A DNA stretch of 64,000 bases from Acidimicrobiia bacterium (GTDB lineage: Bacteria > Actinomycetota > Acidimicrobiia > Spongiisociales > ZC4RG35): NCBI GenBank assembly GCA_041747855.1, contig JBGTEJ010000048.1, positions 19,018 through 83,017 of the forward strand, read 5' to 3'. The notes below the pieces were generated by a model. That model saw nothing but the letters and a program-made list of their open reading frames with translations, had not been told where the DNA came from and ran no database searches. A program made the translations under genes and the position numbers. Positions 55,761 through 64,000 of the stretch are shown piece after piece; positions within the stretch are counted from its first letter, which is position 1, and each line of letters opens with the position of its first letter.

Positions 55761-55988
55761 TTGGAACTGATATTCGTGCCTTTCTTCATCCTGGCCTTCG
55801 CCATTGGAATCGGCTTCTTCGTCTTCTGGATCTGGGCATTCATCCAGGTCCTCCAGCACAGTGACGAGCAAGGCTACAGAAACGGGAACCAGCTGATCTG
55901 GGTGTTGGTCCTCCTCTTCCTGACCGGTCTGGGGGCGATCCTCTACTACTTCCTCGAGCATCAACCGCGGGGCCGTTCAGACGGCTGA
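55761..55988 (+). CDS. PLDc_N (phospholipase-D/nuclease N-terminal domain) small membrane protein
   Basis: 75 aa with two TM helices and the ...WVLVLLFLTGLGAILYYFL... motif typical of PLDc_N proteins. Confidence 0.5.
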   Translation: MELIFVPFFILAFAIGIGFFVFWIWAFIQVLQHSDEQGYRNGNQLIWVLVLLFLTGLGAILYYFLEHQPRGRSDG

Positions 55989-56813
55989 CACCGGGCGGGT
56001 CCGATCAAACAGGGCCCGAAGCGTCAGGACCAGGAAGAACAGGATGATGGGGATGAGGGCCATGGTTGCGGAGCCCGCCGTCCCGACGTGATAGCTGACC
56101 ACCAGACCCACAACGACGGACCCGACCCCAATGAGAGCGGCCATCAGCATTATCACCGGCACCCTTCGCACCAGTAACGCCGCCGTTGCCGGAGGGCCGA
56201 CCAGGAACCCGAACACAAGCAGTGTTCCCACCGTCTGAAAGGACCCCACGATCACCAAAGTGATCAACGCAAGCATCGCAAAGTGAGCGAACCTCGGGCG
56301 CAGTCCCAGCAATCGAGCTTTCTGCTCATTGAACGAGAGGACCAGGAAGGACCTGTGGAGCAGCAAGGTTGCGACGAGCGAGACGGCTGCGACCGCGGAG
56401 AGGACCAACAAGTCAGAACTGGAGACGCCCAGCACATCACCGAAGAGAATTGCGGTCAAGCTGCCTGAGTACGAAGCGGTGGTTGAGATGAGGATCACTC
56501 CCAGGGCAAGCATCCCCACAAACAGGAGTCCGATGCCGGTGTCTTCAGAGAAAGTGGTCTGTCGGTGGACCAGGTTGATTCCTGCGATCATCACGAGAGC
56601 GGCTATCGCCGCTCCGAGCAGCACGTTGAAGTCGAAGATCACGGCAAGCGCTATCCCCGGAATGACCCCGTGAACCAGGGCGTCCCCGAGGAAGGTCATG
56701 CCCCGTATGACGACCCATGTGCCGACCAAGGCGAGGGCAACGGCAGCGAGGGCGCCGCCGAGCAAGGCCCTCTGCTGAAATGCATATTGGAACGGTTCGA
56801 TGATCCATTCCAT
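55977..56813 (-). CDS. znuB: Metal (Zn/Mn) ABC transporter permease, ABC-3 family
   Basis: 278 aa and polytopic: MEWIIEPFQYAFQQRALLGG... Confidence 0.85.
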   Translation of the reverse strand: MEWIIEPFQYAFQQRALLGGALAAVALALVGTWVVIRGMTFLGDALVHGVIPGIALAVIFDFNVLLGAAIAALVMIAGINLVHRQTTFSEDTGIGLLFVGMLALGVILISTTASYSGSLTAILFGDVLGVSSSDLLVLSAVAAVSLVATLLLHRSFLVLSFNEQKARLLGLRPRFAHFAMLALITLVIVGSFQTVGTLLVFGFLVGPPATAALLVRRVPVIMLMAALIGVGSVVVGLVVSYHVGTAGSATMALIPIILFFLVLTLRALFDRTRPVSAV

Positions 56814-56823
56814 GGCCGAGACG

Positions 56824-57801
56824 CTACCCGCTTCCTGTCATTGCCCCGGCTATCCGTCGGGCATTGTCGAGCAACATGCCGATCAGAGTGCCCGCTTCTG
56901 AACCCGGTTCACCAAGGGACTCGGTGTGGAGGGTGACCACTTCGACCTGGGCCCCGACCTCCTCTGCCACCACCCGGGCGATTGCGTCGGGGCTGGATGT
57001 CTCGACAAAAATGGCCTTGACCCCCTCGTGACGTATGGCTTCTATCAGATCTGCGAGATCTGCAGCACTTGGAGATCCGAGTGTTGTGCCACCGGGGATC
57101 ACGGTCCCCACGACTTCCCACCCATAGCGATCGGCGAAGTAGCCGAACACATCGTGATTGGTCACCATCTGCCGATCCGAAGGTGGCACCGCGTCCAGGA
57201 TCGACTCGATCTCACCATGAGCTGACATCAGTTCCGTGGCATAGGCTTCCGCCCTCCCAGCCCAGTCGATACCGGGAGCGACCAGGGCAAGCTCGGCGGC
57301 GATCAGCCGCGCTGCGTCGGCCATGCGGACGGGGTCCATCCACACATGGGGGTCGTAGCCCTGTTCATCATCATCGTGATGGTCATCATCATCCTCGTCA
57401 TCGTGATGGTCATCATCATCGTCGTGATGGTCATGCCCAGGACCGTCGAATCGGATCGGCTCGAGCAACGGTGCTATCTCTAGTACCCGCACTCCATCCC
57501 CGACCGCGGTGGCGAGGACTCCAACGAGACCCTCTTCGAGACCGAGACCGTTGACGATGACCAGGTCAGCGGCATTGATACGGGCCACCTGAGCGGAAGA
57601 AGCTTGAAAGTCGTGGGAATCGGCTCCGATCGGCATCAAGACCTCGACCGAGGCATTCTCGCCAACGATGTTGGAGACCACATCCCCGAGGATGTTTGTG
57701 GTGACCACGATCTGGAGCTTCTCGGTCGTGTCGTTGGCTTGATCGCAGGCCACCAACATCAGCGACATCGCGACGGCCAGAATGGTCAAACGATGTTTCA
57801 T
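56824..57801 (-). CDS. znuA: Zinc ABC transporter substrate-binding lipoprotein (ZnuA-like, with His/Asp-rich loop)
   Basis: Lipobox LMLVAC and a loop DHHDDDDDHHDDEDDDDHHDDDE. GAGGAAG SD. Confidence 0.85.
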   Translation of the reverse strand: MKHRLTILAVAMSLMLVACDQANDTTEKLQIVVTTNILGDVVSNIVGENASVEVLMPIGADSHDFQASSAQVARINAADLVIVNGLGLEEGLVGVLATAVGDGVRVLEIAPLLEPIRFDGPGHDHHDDDDDHHDDEDDDDHHDDDEQGYDPHVWMDPVRMADAARLIAAELALVAPGIDWAGRAEAYATELMSAHGEIESILDAVPPSDRQMVTNHDVFGYFADRYGWEVVGTVIPGGTTLGSPSAADLADLIEAIRHEGVKAIFVETSSPDAIARVVAEEVGAQVEVVTLHTESLGEPGSEAGTLIGMLLDNARRIAGAMTGSG

Positions 57802-57821
57802 TTGCTTCCTCTCAGTTTCTT

Positions 57822-57848
57822 TTCTATAATGAGAATCATTCCTAATTA
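57822..57848. promoter_or_regulatory. Candidate Zur box overlapping a TATAAT -10 element in the divergent znuA / zur-znuC promoter region
   Basis: AT-rich inverted repeat AATGAg-a-aTCATT (57828-57840) in an otherwise GC-rich genome. TATAAT is at 57825-57830. Confidence 0.45.
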
Positions 57849-57869
57849 CACTACAGGTCGCCGATTCCT

Positions 57870-58307
57870 ATGACAAACACCACCCTGGACAGGGAAATCG
57901 AGCAGCGTCTGGCGGATCGCGGGGTCAGGTACACGAGAGGCCGGAAGGCGGTCACTTCCGCCCTGGCCCGTGCCGACGGCCCCCTCTCGGCAGCGGAGCT
58001 CCACGAGCTGATCCGGCCTTCGGTGCCCCTATCGTCCCTTTACCGCTCGCTGGCGGTATTGGAGGAAGTAGGAGTGCTGATCCCCCACTTCGGCCAGGCG
58101 GTGTCCAGATACGAGCTCGCCGAGTGGCTGGCGGGTCATCATCATCATCTGGTTTGCCTGGAGTGCGGCACCGTCGACGACGTCGAACTCCCTGAGCACC
58201 TGGAGAAGCGGATCACCGCCCTGGTTGAGGAGATCGGATCGATGACCACTTTCTCCCCCTCAGACCACTCGCTCGAGATCGAAGGAACTTGCGGGAGACA
58301 CGGGTGA
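57870..58307 (+). CDS. zur: Fur family transcriptional regulator, zinc uptake regulator
   Basis: 145 aa with winged-helix GRKAVTSALAR and metal sites HHHHLVCLECG...EGTCGRHG. Adjacent to znuABC. Confidence 0.8.
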   Translation: MTNTTLDREIEQRLADRGVRYTRGRKAVTSALARADGPLSAAELHELIRPSVPLSSLYRSLAVLEEVGVLIPHFGQAVSRYELAEWLAGHHHHLVCLECGTVDDVELPEHLEKRITALVEEIGSMTTFSPSDHSLEIEGTCGRHG

Positions 58308-59113
58308 AAGCGGTGACCGCCACAGACCTGGTGATGGCCTACGGACCCAAGGTTGTGGTCGCCCAATCCGACTTCCACATCCCTTTCGGTCAGATCACCG
58401 CCGTGATCGGTCCCAACGGTTCGGGGAAGTCCACTCTTCTCAACGCCATCGCCGGTCTGTTGGCTCCTGTGGCGGGCGAGATCCAGATCTCAGGCGACCG
58501 ACGTCGGATCGCTTATGTGATGCAATCAACGAAGGTGAGTGATGCCCTACCCATCTCGGTCCGCGAGGTTGTGACCATGGGGCGGTACGCCACCACCGGC
58601 CCCCACCGCCGACTCACCGCCATTGACCGCGAGGCGGTTGACCGGGCGATGGAGCGCCTCGGGATCACGGCCATCGCCGATGAGCACCTCTCGAAGCTCT
58701 CCGGCGGACAACGACAGCGGGCCTTCGTGGCCCAGGGCCTGGCCCAAGACCACCAAATCCTCCTACTCGACGAGCCGTTGACCGGTATCGACGTGACTAC
58801 CGCCCTGGCCATCGACCAAGTGATCCACGAAGAAGTCGAAGAAGGGTGCGCCGTTGTGCTCAGCACACACGACCTGTCGGAGGCCTTCGCCGCTGACCAC
58901 GTCATCCTCGTCTCGGGACGGGTCGTCGCCTCCGGAGCACCCGCCGATGTCCTGACCACAGGCAATCTGCGTCAGGCATACGGCTCGGCTCTGCTCCACG
59001 TCGAAGAGGGACGGGTGTTTCTCGACGATGCCGCCCACATGCCCACAGATACGGTCCATACCCATCAGGATCGGGTGATTCACACCGAGTCAGACCCCTC
59101 CGAGCTTCATTGA
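58304..59113 (+). CDS. znuC: Zinc/metal ABC transporter ATP-binding protein
   Basis: Walker A GPNGSGKST, signature LSGGQRQR, and Walker B LLLDEP. The GTG start overlaps the zur TGA (GTGA), with an alternative TTG at 58289. His-rich C-terminus. Confidence 0.85.
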   Translation: MKAVTATDLVMAYGPKVVVAQSDFHIPFGQITAVIGPNGSGKSTLLNAIAGLLAPVAGEIQISGDRRRIAYVMQSTKVSDALPISVREVVTMGRYATTGPHRRLTAIDREAVDRAMERLGITAIADEHLSKLSGGQRQRAFVAQGLAQDHQILLLDEPLTGIDVTTALAIDQVIHEEVEEGCAVVLSTHDLSEAFAADHVILVSGRVVASGAPADVLTTGNLRQAYGSALLHVEEGRVFLDDAAHMPTDTVHTHQDRVIHTESDPSELH

Positions 59114-59856
59114 TCGAGAGGATCCGCCATCTCGAACCCGAAGGGGGTCTCGAGACGATGACGGGCGAGCAGGTCCGGATCGCTGAGTAAGCCGCGTGTC
59201 GAAGTGTCAGCGACTACGCGGCCACCGTCCATGATCACCGATCGGGGACACAGTTCGAGAGCGAGGGGAAGGTCGTGGGTGATCACGATCAGGGTCACCT
59301 CCAGACCGGCCAAGGTCGAGATGAGTTCCCGACGTCCGGCCGGGTCCAGCCCGGAACCGGGCTCGTCAAGAACTACCACCTCCGGTTCCATTGCCAGGAC
59401 CGTCGCTATCGCGGCCAGACGCTTCTCCCCACCACTCAGATGATGGGGAACCCTCGAAGAGAGGTTGGCGGCACCGACCATTCCCAGGGCAAGCTCCACC
59501 TTCTCGTCGAGGTGCTCTCCCTTCAAACCCAGATTGGCCGGCCCAAATGCGACGTCCTCCCCGACGGTCGGCATGAACAACTGGTCATTCGGGTCCTGGA
59601 ACACCATGCCCACCCGACGCCGAATCGAGGCCAGCGTGTGGTCATCGACCTCGACCCCGCCGACGACCACCTTTCCGGCGTGGGGCCGATAGATGCCGTT
59701 CAGGTGGAGTGCCAGGGTTGTCTTGCCTGCACCGTTGGGCCCGAGCAGCGCCACTCTCTCCCCCGCAGCAATGCTCAGGTCGACACCGGCTAGTGCATGA
59801 CGCCCGTCGGGGTAGAAGAACTCGAGACCGGTGACTTCGAGTGCCGGAAAGGTCAT
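59107..59856 (-). CDS. ECF-type/cobalt-nickel ABC transporter ATP-binding protein (EcfA/CbiO)
   Basis: Start trimmed to the ATG at 59856 (MTFPALEVTGLEF...). Walker A GPNGAGKT, signature LSGGEKRL. Confidence 0.85.
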   Translation of the reverse strand: MTFPALEVTGLEFFYPDGRHALAGVDLSIAAGERVALLGPNGAGKTTLALHLNGIYRPHAGKVVVGGVEVDDHTLASIRRRVGMVFQDPNDQLFMPTVGEDVAFGPANLGLKGEHLDEKVELALGMVGAANLSSRVPHHLSGGEKRLAAIATVLAMEPEVVVLDEPGSGLDPAGRRELISTLAGLEVTLIVITHDLPLALELCPRSVIMDGGRVVADTSTRGLLSDPDLLARHRLETPFGFEMADPLDQ

Positions 59857-60626
59857 CCGACTACCAGCGCAACGGTCGCCGCGATGGCCGCCATGAGCGG
59901 GAGGCCCAGCGCCTTGGCCCAATCGAGCCCGCTCAGCCGCACATCACTCAATACCGGCATCGTTCCGTCGTAACCACGGGAGACCATGGCCGAGTGCACC
60001 CGCTCTCCCCTCTCGTAAGACCTGATGAAGAGTGATCCCGCCCCGGTTGCGATCGGGCGGACGTGCCCCATCCAGCGAGGTTCGTATGCCCGCGACGCCA
60101 TCGCCTGTCGCATCCGTTGGACTTCGTCAACGATCAACTCCAGGTAGCGGATCATGAACCCGGCGATGGTGACCACGATCACCGGCACTTTCAGTTTCGC
60201 CAGGCCACGCAGGATCCCGGGAACCTCCGTGGTCGCCACGAGGAGGATGCTGGCGGTCGCCCCGAGCGTCGCCTTGGCCACGATGCCCCAAGCCGCCCAG
60301 GCTCCGTCGACCGACACCGTGAACCACAGGAAGTCGATCCGTTCCCCCGATCCGATGAAGGGGATGAAGAAGGCAAACAGGATGAACGGAAGGATGCCCG
60401 CAAGTCTCAGCGTCAGAAATCGGAGCGGGATCCGACTCAACCACAGCACGCCGACCGCGATGGTCGTGTACAAAGCGAACGCCCAGACCGCCTGACCTGG
60501 AGTGACGGCCACGGATAGCACGAAAAGGAGGACTGCCGCCACCTTGGTCTCCGGGGCGAGATCGTGGATCGGACTGTGTTCGTGGACATAGAGGGCGTGA
60601 GCGTGGCCGACACCCATGTGGGTCAC
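59853..60626 (-). CDS. cbiQ: ECF transporter transmembrane (T) component CbiQ/NikQ
   Basis: 257 aa, polytopic. ATGA overlap with the ATPase gene. Confidence 0.8.
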   Translation of the reverse strand: MTHMGVGHAHALYVHEHSPIHDLAPETKVAAVLLFVLSVAVTPGQAVWAFALYTTIAVGVLWLSRIPLRFLTLRLAGILPFILFAFFIPFIGSGERIDFLWFTVSVDGAWAAWGIVAKATLGATASILLVATTEVPGILRGLAKLKVPVIVVTIAGFMIRYLELIVDEVQRMRQAMASRAYEPRWMGHVRPIATGAGSLFIRSYERGERVHSAMVSRGYDGTMPVLSDVRLSGLDWAKALGLPLMAAIAATVALVVG

Positions 60627-61606
60627 ACCCTCGCTGGGGACTTGGGTTTGTCCCTGATCGCCTGGAAGATTCCCAACGCGACCAGCAACGTGATGATTGA
60701 GCCCACGATGCCGGCAATGGCCAGACTGAGAGTCTCGTTCTCGATGCCTCTGGTGGCGTAGTCGGCGAAGATGGAATCGCCGAACCGGTGGTCACGGCCA
60801 CTGTCTATGAATCCCTGCTCCTCTGCCACCCACTCCAGACCGTCGGGATTGTCCACTGCGAACTGACTGACGATGGCGGCAATGACGAGGGCCACAAGTA
60901 GACCGCCGATCAGGAAGGTCCGCATCGGGACTTTGCTTTCGTTTGCCAGGGCGGCGCGGTCGAGATCCTGGGCTCCATGTACGAGGTCTGGTCTCGAGAC
61001 CAGCACCGCGCCCACCGCGAGGGAACTGATCACCGCTTCACCGAGTCCGATCAGAGCGTGGACTCCCACCATGGCGGCGAACACTTGCGTGAACGGCACC
61101 GGTGCCGTGGCCCCGAAGAGCCACTGGATCGAGAATGCGGCCGCGGAGAGAACGACGGAGAGCCAGGCGGCAAGTGCGGTCGCACCCATCACACCTCCGC
61201 GGGTCGCCGGTGACCACTTGCGGAAAATAGTGAAGGCCGCCCAGCCACCGTAGGCGGGCACGATCGCCATATTGAAGATGTTGTACCCGAGGGCGGTCAA
61301 CCCACCGTCCGCGAAGAACACCGCCTGGACCAGGACGACGACGGCGACCACGACCGCACCGAGATGGGGGCCAAGGAGAATGGCGGCCAGTGCACCCCCC
61401 ATGAGATGGCCGGTAGTACCGGCGGCCACCGGGAAGTTGAACATCTGAGCTGCAAAGACAAAGGCGGCGACAACACCGGCAAGCGGGATCACCTTCTCGT
61501 TGACGGTCTGTTTCAGCTGACGCAAGGCGATGCCCAGCGTCCCGACACCTATCCCGGCTGTCGCAAAGGCCGTTCCGGTATTGAGAAACCCATCGGGTGC
61601 GTGCAT
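60623..61606 (-). CDS. cbiM: CbiM/NikM substrate-specific component fused to C-terminal PDGLE domain
   Basis: The N-terminal MHAPDGFL... (processed Met-His N-terminus is typical of CbiM). The C-terminus has ...FAVDNPDGLEWVAEEQGF... (PDGLE motif) plus a final TM. Confidence 0.8.
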   Translation of the reverse strand: MHAPDGFLNTGTAFATAGIGVGTLGIALRQLKQTVNEKVIPLAGVVAAFVFAAQMFNFPVAAGTTGHLMGGALAAILLGPHLGAVVVAVVVLVQAVFFADGGLTALGYNIFNMAIVPAYGGWAAFTIFRKWSPATRGGVMGATALAAWLSVVLSAAAFSIQWLFGATAPVPFTQVFAAMVGVHALIGLGEAVISSLAVGAVLVSRPDLVHGAQDLDRAALANESKVPMRTFLIGGLLVALVIAAIVSQFAVDNPDGLEWVAEEQGFIDSGRDHRFGDSIFADYATRGIENETLSLAIAGIVGSIITLLVALGIFQAIRDKPKSPARV

Positions 61607-61616
61607 CGGGCAACCC

Positions 61617-61659
61617 TATCGCAATTGCGAATCCCTCGCAATAACTACCATAGCGAGGG
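61617..61659. promoter_or_regulatory. Candidate Fur-family (Nur-like) operator: perfect 12-bp palindrome TCGCAATTGCGA plus a CCCTCGC(N13)GCGAGGG inverted repeat, in the 52-bp divergent cbiM / Fur-family-regulator region
   Basis: Seen in sequence: TCGCAATTGCGA at 61619-61630, a half-site repeat TCGCAATA at 61636-61643, and IR arms at 61633-61639 and 61653-61659. Confidence 0.45.
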
Positions 61660-62090
61660 TGAAACGGCCATCAAACGAGCTCGAAACGGCCCTTTCCGGT
61701 GCCGGTCATCGCATGACCACAGCGCGGAGAGCAGTGTGGAACGTTCTATCCGGCTCCGATGGGCATCTGACCGCAGACGAAGTCGCCATCGAGGTCTCTC
61801 ACCTCAATCCGGATGTCAACCTGTCATCGGTCTATCGGTCACTGGGACTCTTCGAGGAGTTGGGCCTGGTACGGGGTACCAGCATCCAGAGCGGTGGCCC
61901 GGCCCACTGGGAATTGGCCCACCCGGACGACAGCTTCCATCTCAAGTGCCGGTCTTGCGGGAAGGTCGAACATCATCACGGTGACCTGGTCGACAGGGTC
62001 CGATCGCATCTCCAAGAGGACCACGGGTTCGTTCCCGAACAGATCGACCTGGTGGTCACCGGGCTTTGCCCGGTCTGCGCCAAACTCTGA
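61659..62090 (+). CDS. Fur family transcriptional regulator (Nur/nickel-cobalt-responsive-like)
   Basis: The start is re-assigned to the GTG at 61659 (GAGGG upstream), giving a 144-aa Fur-like protein: ...HRMTTARRAVWNVL..., metal sites HLKCRSCGKVEHHHGD and GLCPVCAK. Divergent from the cbiMQO-type transporter. Confidence 0.7.
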   Translation: MKRPSNELETALSGAGHRMTTARRAVWNVLSGSDGHLTADEVAIEVSHLNPDVNLSSVYRSLGLFEELGLVRGTSIQSGGPAHWELAHPDDSFHLKCRSCGKVEHHHGDLVDRVRSHLQEDHGFVPEQIDLVVTGLCPVCAKL

Positions 62091-62107
62091 TCGCGTCTAC
62101 GTAGGAG

Positions 62108-63220
62108 TCAGAGGGACAGGGCCTCGGCCAGCAATGACCTGTGGAACCGCGGGTCGCCAAGGAGAAGCGAAGCCGACTTCGCCCGCTTCAGATAGAGATG
62201 GGCTTCATGTTCCCAGGTGAACCCGATCCCTCCGTGGATCTGGATGCTCTCCCCCGCTGCCCATAGGTAGGCCTCAGAACTGACCGAGGCCGCCAATGGC
62301 GAGGCGATGTCCAGTTCATCGAGATCGTCTGTGACTCGGGCCGCGTGATAGGCGACCGACTTGGCGTGTTCTACTTTCATCAGCATCTCGGCGCACCTGT
62401 GTTTCACGGCCTGGAAGGAACCGATCGGGCGACCAAACTGGTGCCGCGTCCGGGCGTAGGCAACCGTGGACTCGAGCACCCTTTGGGCTCCTCCGACTTG
62501 TTCACATGCCAGTGCTACGGAACCGAGACGCAGCACCCGGGCGAGACCGGAGGACCCACCTTGAAGACGGGCGGCAGCAACCACGTTGTCGAGTTCCACC
62601 ACCGCCTGTCGGCGAGTCGGATCCAGAACAGGGACCTGACTCACGGTCAGACCCGGCGAATCGGCTTCGACCACGAAAACGCCGAGCCCGTCTCCGACTT
62701 TGGCGACAACGAACAAGAGATCCGCTACATGACCGTCGAGCACATATCGTTTCGTGCCGGAAAGCTTCCAAACACCGGCTTCCTCGACAGCGGAGGTCCG
62801 CAGATGTTCCAGACCCCAGTCGCGCGCTTTCTCGAACACGCCAAGAGTGGCGACTTTCTCACCAGAAGCCATCGCAGGCAACCACCGCTCTTGCTGGTCG
62901 CTTGAACCGAGCTCGATCATGGCAGTGGTGGCCACCACTGCACTGGCGAAGAATGGGCCCGGCGTCACCAGACGGCCCATCTCATCGAGCACCACCGACA
63001 GTTCCAGATATCCGAGTCCGGCGCCGCCGTAGTCCTCGGGGACGAGAAGACCAGTCCAGCCCATTTCTGAGAAGCCCGACCAGAGTCCTCTGTCGTGCCC
63101 ATCGTCGGTCATCATCACCCGCCGGACGACTCCGAGATCTGCCTTCTCCTCCAGGAACTGTCGAGTCGTGGAACGGATCAGGTCGAGGTCCTCGGTCGGG
63201 GCGTAGGTGACTTCAGCCAC
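62108..63220 (-). CDS. Acyl-CoA dehydrogenase family protein
   Basis: 370 aa with ACAD N/M/C domains. It overlaps the upstream ACAD gene by 8 nt. Confidence 0.85.
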   Translation of the reverse strand: MAEVTYAPTEDLDLIRSTTRQFLEEKADLGVVRRVMMTDDGHDRGLWSGFSEMGWTGLLVPEDYGGAGLGYLELSVVLDEMGRLVTPGPFFASAVVATTAMIELGSSDQQERWLPAMASGEKVATLGVFEKARDWGLEHLRTSAVEEAGVWKLSGTKRYVLDGHVADLLFVVAKVGDGLGVFVVEADSPGLTVSQVPVLDPTRRQAVVELDNVVAAARLQGGSSGLARVLRLGSVALACEQVGGAQRVLESTVAYARTRHQFGRPIGSFQAVKHRCAEMLMKVEHAKSVAYHAARVTDDLDELDIASPLAASVSSEAYLWAAGESIQIHGGIGFTWEHEAHLYLKRAKSASLLLGDPRFHRSLLAEALSL

Positions 63221-64000
63221 GGGGGACCTCGTTCCATGGGAGACCCTTGTCCGTCCGTGGCTCGCTGGGGAGCCCCAACACTCTCTCAGCCAGGATGTTG
63301 AGCATTATCTCCGAGGTACCACCCTCGATGGAATTGGCCCTGGTGCGGAGAAAGGACGCCTGGGGTGTTCGCTGGTCGAAGCTGGTCGGACGGACAAGTT
63401 CGTACCCACCCGGATACAGCGTCCCATCCAGACCCATCATGTCGAGGATGAACGAGGCGATCTCCTTGTTGTGGCTGGCCCACGCCAGCTTGCCGGTAGA
63501 TCCTTCCGGGCCGGGGATCCCCGCATCGGCCATCTCGTTGGCCCGGATCGCGGTCAGCCGGGCGGCCTCCACTTCGGCCCAGAGATGGACGAGTTCGTCA
63601 CGAAGGACCGGGTCGTCTTCTCCGCTCTCCCTCCAGATGTCGATTGCCTCCGATATGCGCCCGGAACCACGGGGAACGGTGTTGCCCCCGATGGCTACCC
63701 GCTCATTCATGAGGGTGGTCAGCGCCACCCTCCATCCGGCACCGACCGCATCGATCCGGTTCTCGTCCGGCACCCGGGCATCGTTGAAGAACACCTCATT
63801 GAACTCCGCCTCACCCGTGATCTGATATAGAGGTCTTACGTCGACACCCTCGCTGTTCATGTCGATGACGAAGTAGGTGAGGCCTTCGTGTTTGACCGCA
63901 CTCGGGTCGGTTCGGGCTATCAGGAGACCCCACTTAGCTACATGGGCGAGAGTGGTCCAGGCCTTTTGCCCGTTGACGACCCACTCCTCACCGTCTCTGA
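63213..64000 (-). CDS. Acyl-CoA dehydrogenase family protein, partial (N-terminus beyond window end)
   Basis: The reading frame is open to position 64000. The C-terminal ACAD domain reads ...GGTSEIMLNILAERVLGLP.... Confidence 0.7.
   Translation of the reverse strand, partial: RDGEEWVVNGQKAWTTLAHVAKWGLLIARTDPSAVKHEGLTYFVIDMNSEGVDVRPLYQITGEAEFNEVFFNDARVPDENRIDAVGAGWRVALTTLMNERVAIGGNTVPRGSGRISEAIDIWRESGEDDPVLRDELVHLWAEVEAARLTAIRANEMADAGIPGPEGSTGKLAWASHNKEIASFILDMMGLDGTLYPGGYELVRPTSFDQRTPQASFLRTRANSIEGGTSEIMLNILAERVLGLPSEPRTDKGLPWNEVPRG

Noticed and set aside
61607-61658. B12 or NiCo riboswitch upstream of cbiM
   Set aside because: The leader is only ~50 nt, too short for either aptamer. Regulation is more plausibly protein-based through the adjacent Fur-family regulator.

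Overview
High-GC, gene-dense bacterial chromosome segment with about 60 protein-coding genes. Gene content points to an actinobacterium: F420/LLM- and PPOX-class oxidoreductases, LCP cell-wall ligases, acyl-ACP desaturase, rhomboid protease, a MshD-like double-GNAT acetyltransferase and Thr/Pro-rich linkers in secreted proteins. No rRNA, tRNA, CRISPR array or obvious mobile element is present.

Genes by function:
- Core metabolism: group-2-like sigma-70 factor, B12-dependent methionine synthase MetH, methylmalonate-semialdehyde dehydrogenase, succinate-semialdehyde-type ALDH, acyl-ACP desaturase, two adjacent acyl-CoA dehydrogenases.
- Nucleoside salvage: translationally coupled ribokinase and nucleoside hydrolase.
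- Reductive pyrimidine catabolism: beta-ureidopropionase, a class-III aminotransferase, dihydropyrimidinase and an LLM-class oxidoreductase, with mmsA nearby.
- Metal homeostasis: zur-znuC divergent from znuA-znuB with a candidate Zur box, and a CbiM(PDGLE)-CbiQ-EcfA Ni/Co transporter divergent from a second Fur-family (Nur-like) regulator with a perfect palindrome between them.
- Regulation: two ECF sigma/anti-sigma pairs, and an orphan histidine kinase operon flanked by an EEP-domain membrane protein and a secreted anchored protein.
- Cell envelope: two paralogous LCP proteins divergent from a large polytopic-domain::phosphoglycosyl-transferase fusion.

The most notable non-coding feature is a well-supported c-di-AMP (ydaO/kimA-class) riboswitch in the 5' leader of a cation:proton antiporter gene fused to tandem USP domains. 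Other observations: an F420/LLM oxidoreductase embedded in a pyrimidine-catabolic operon that lacks a canonical PydA, a Cys-rich PRCQ-repeat secreted protein upstream of an ECF sigma/anti-sigma pair, a composite direct/inverted-repeat element between DUF885 and metH, a truncated amidohydrolase remnant, tandem duplicated double-GNAT genes, and several small unannotated ORFs.
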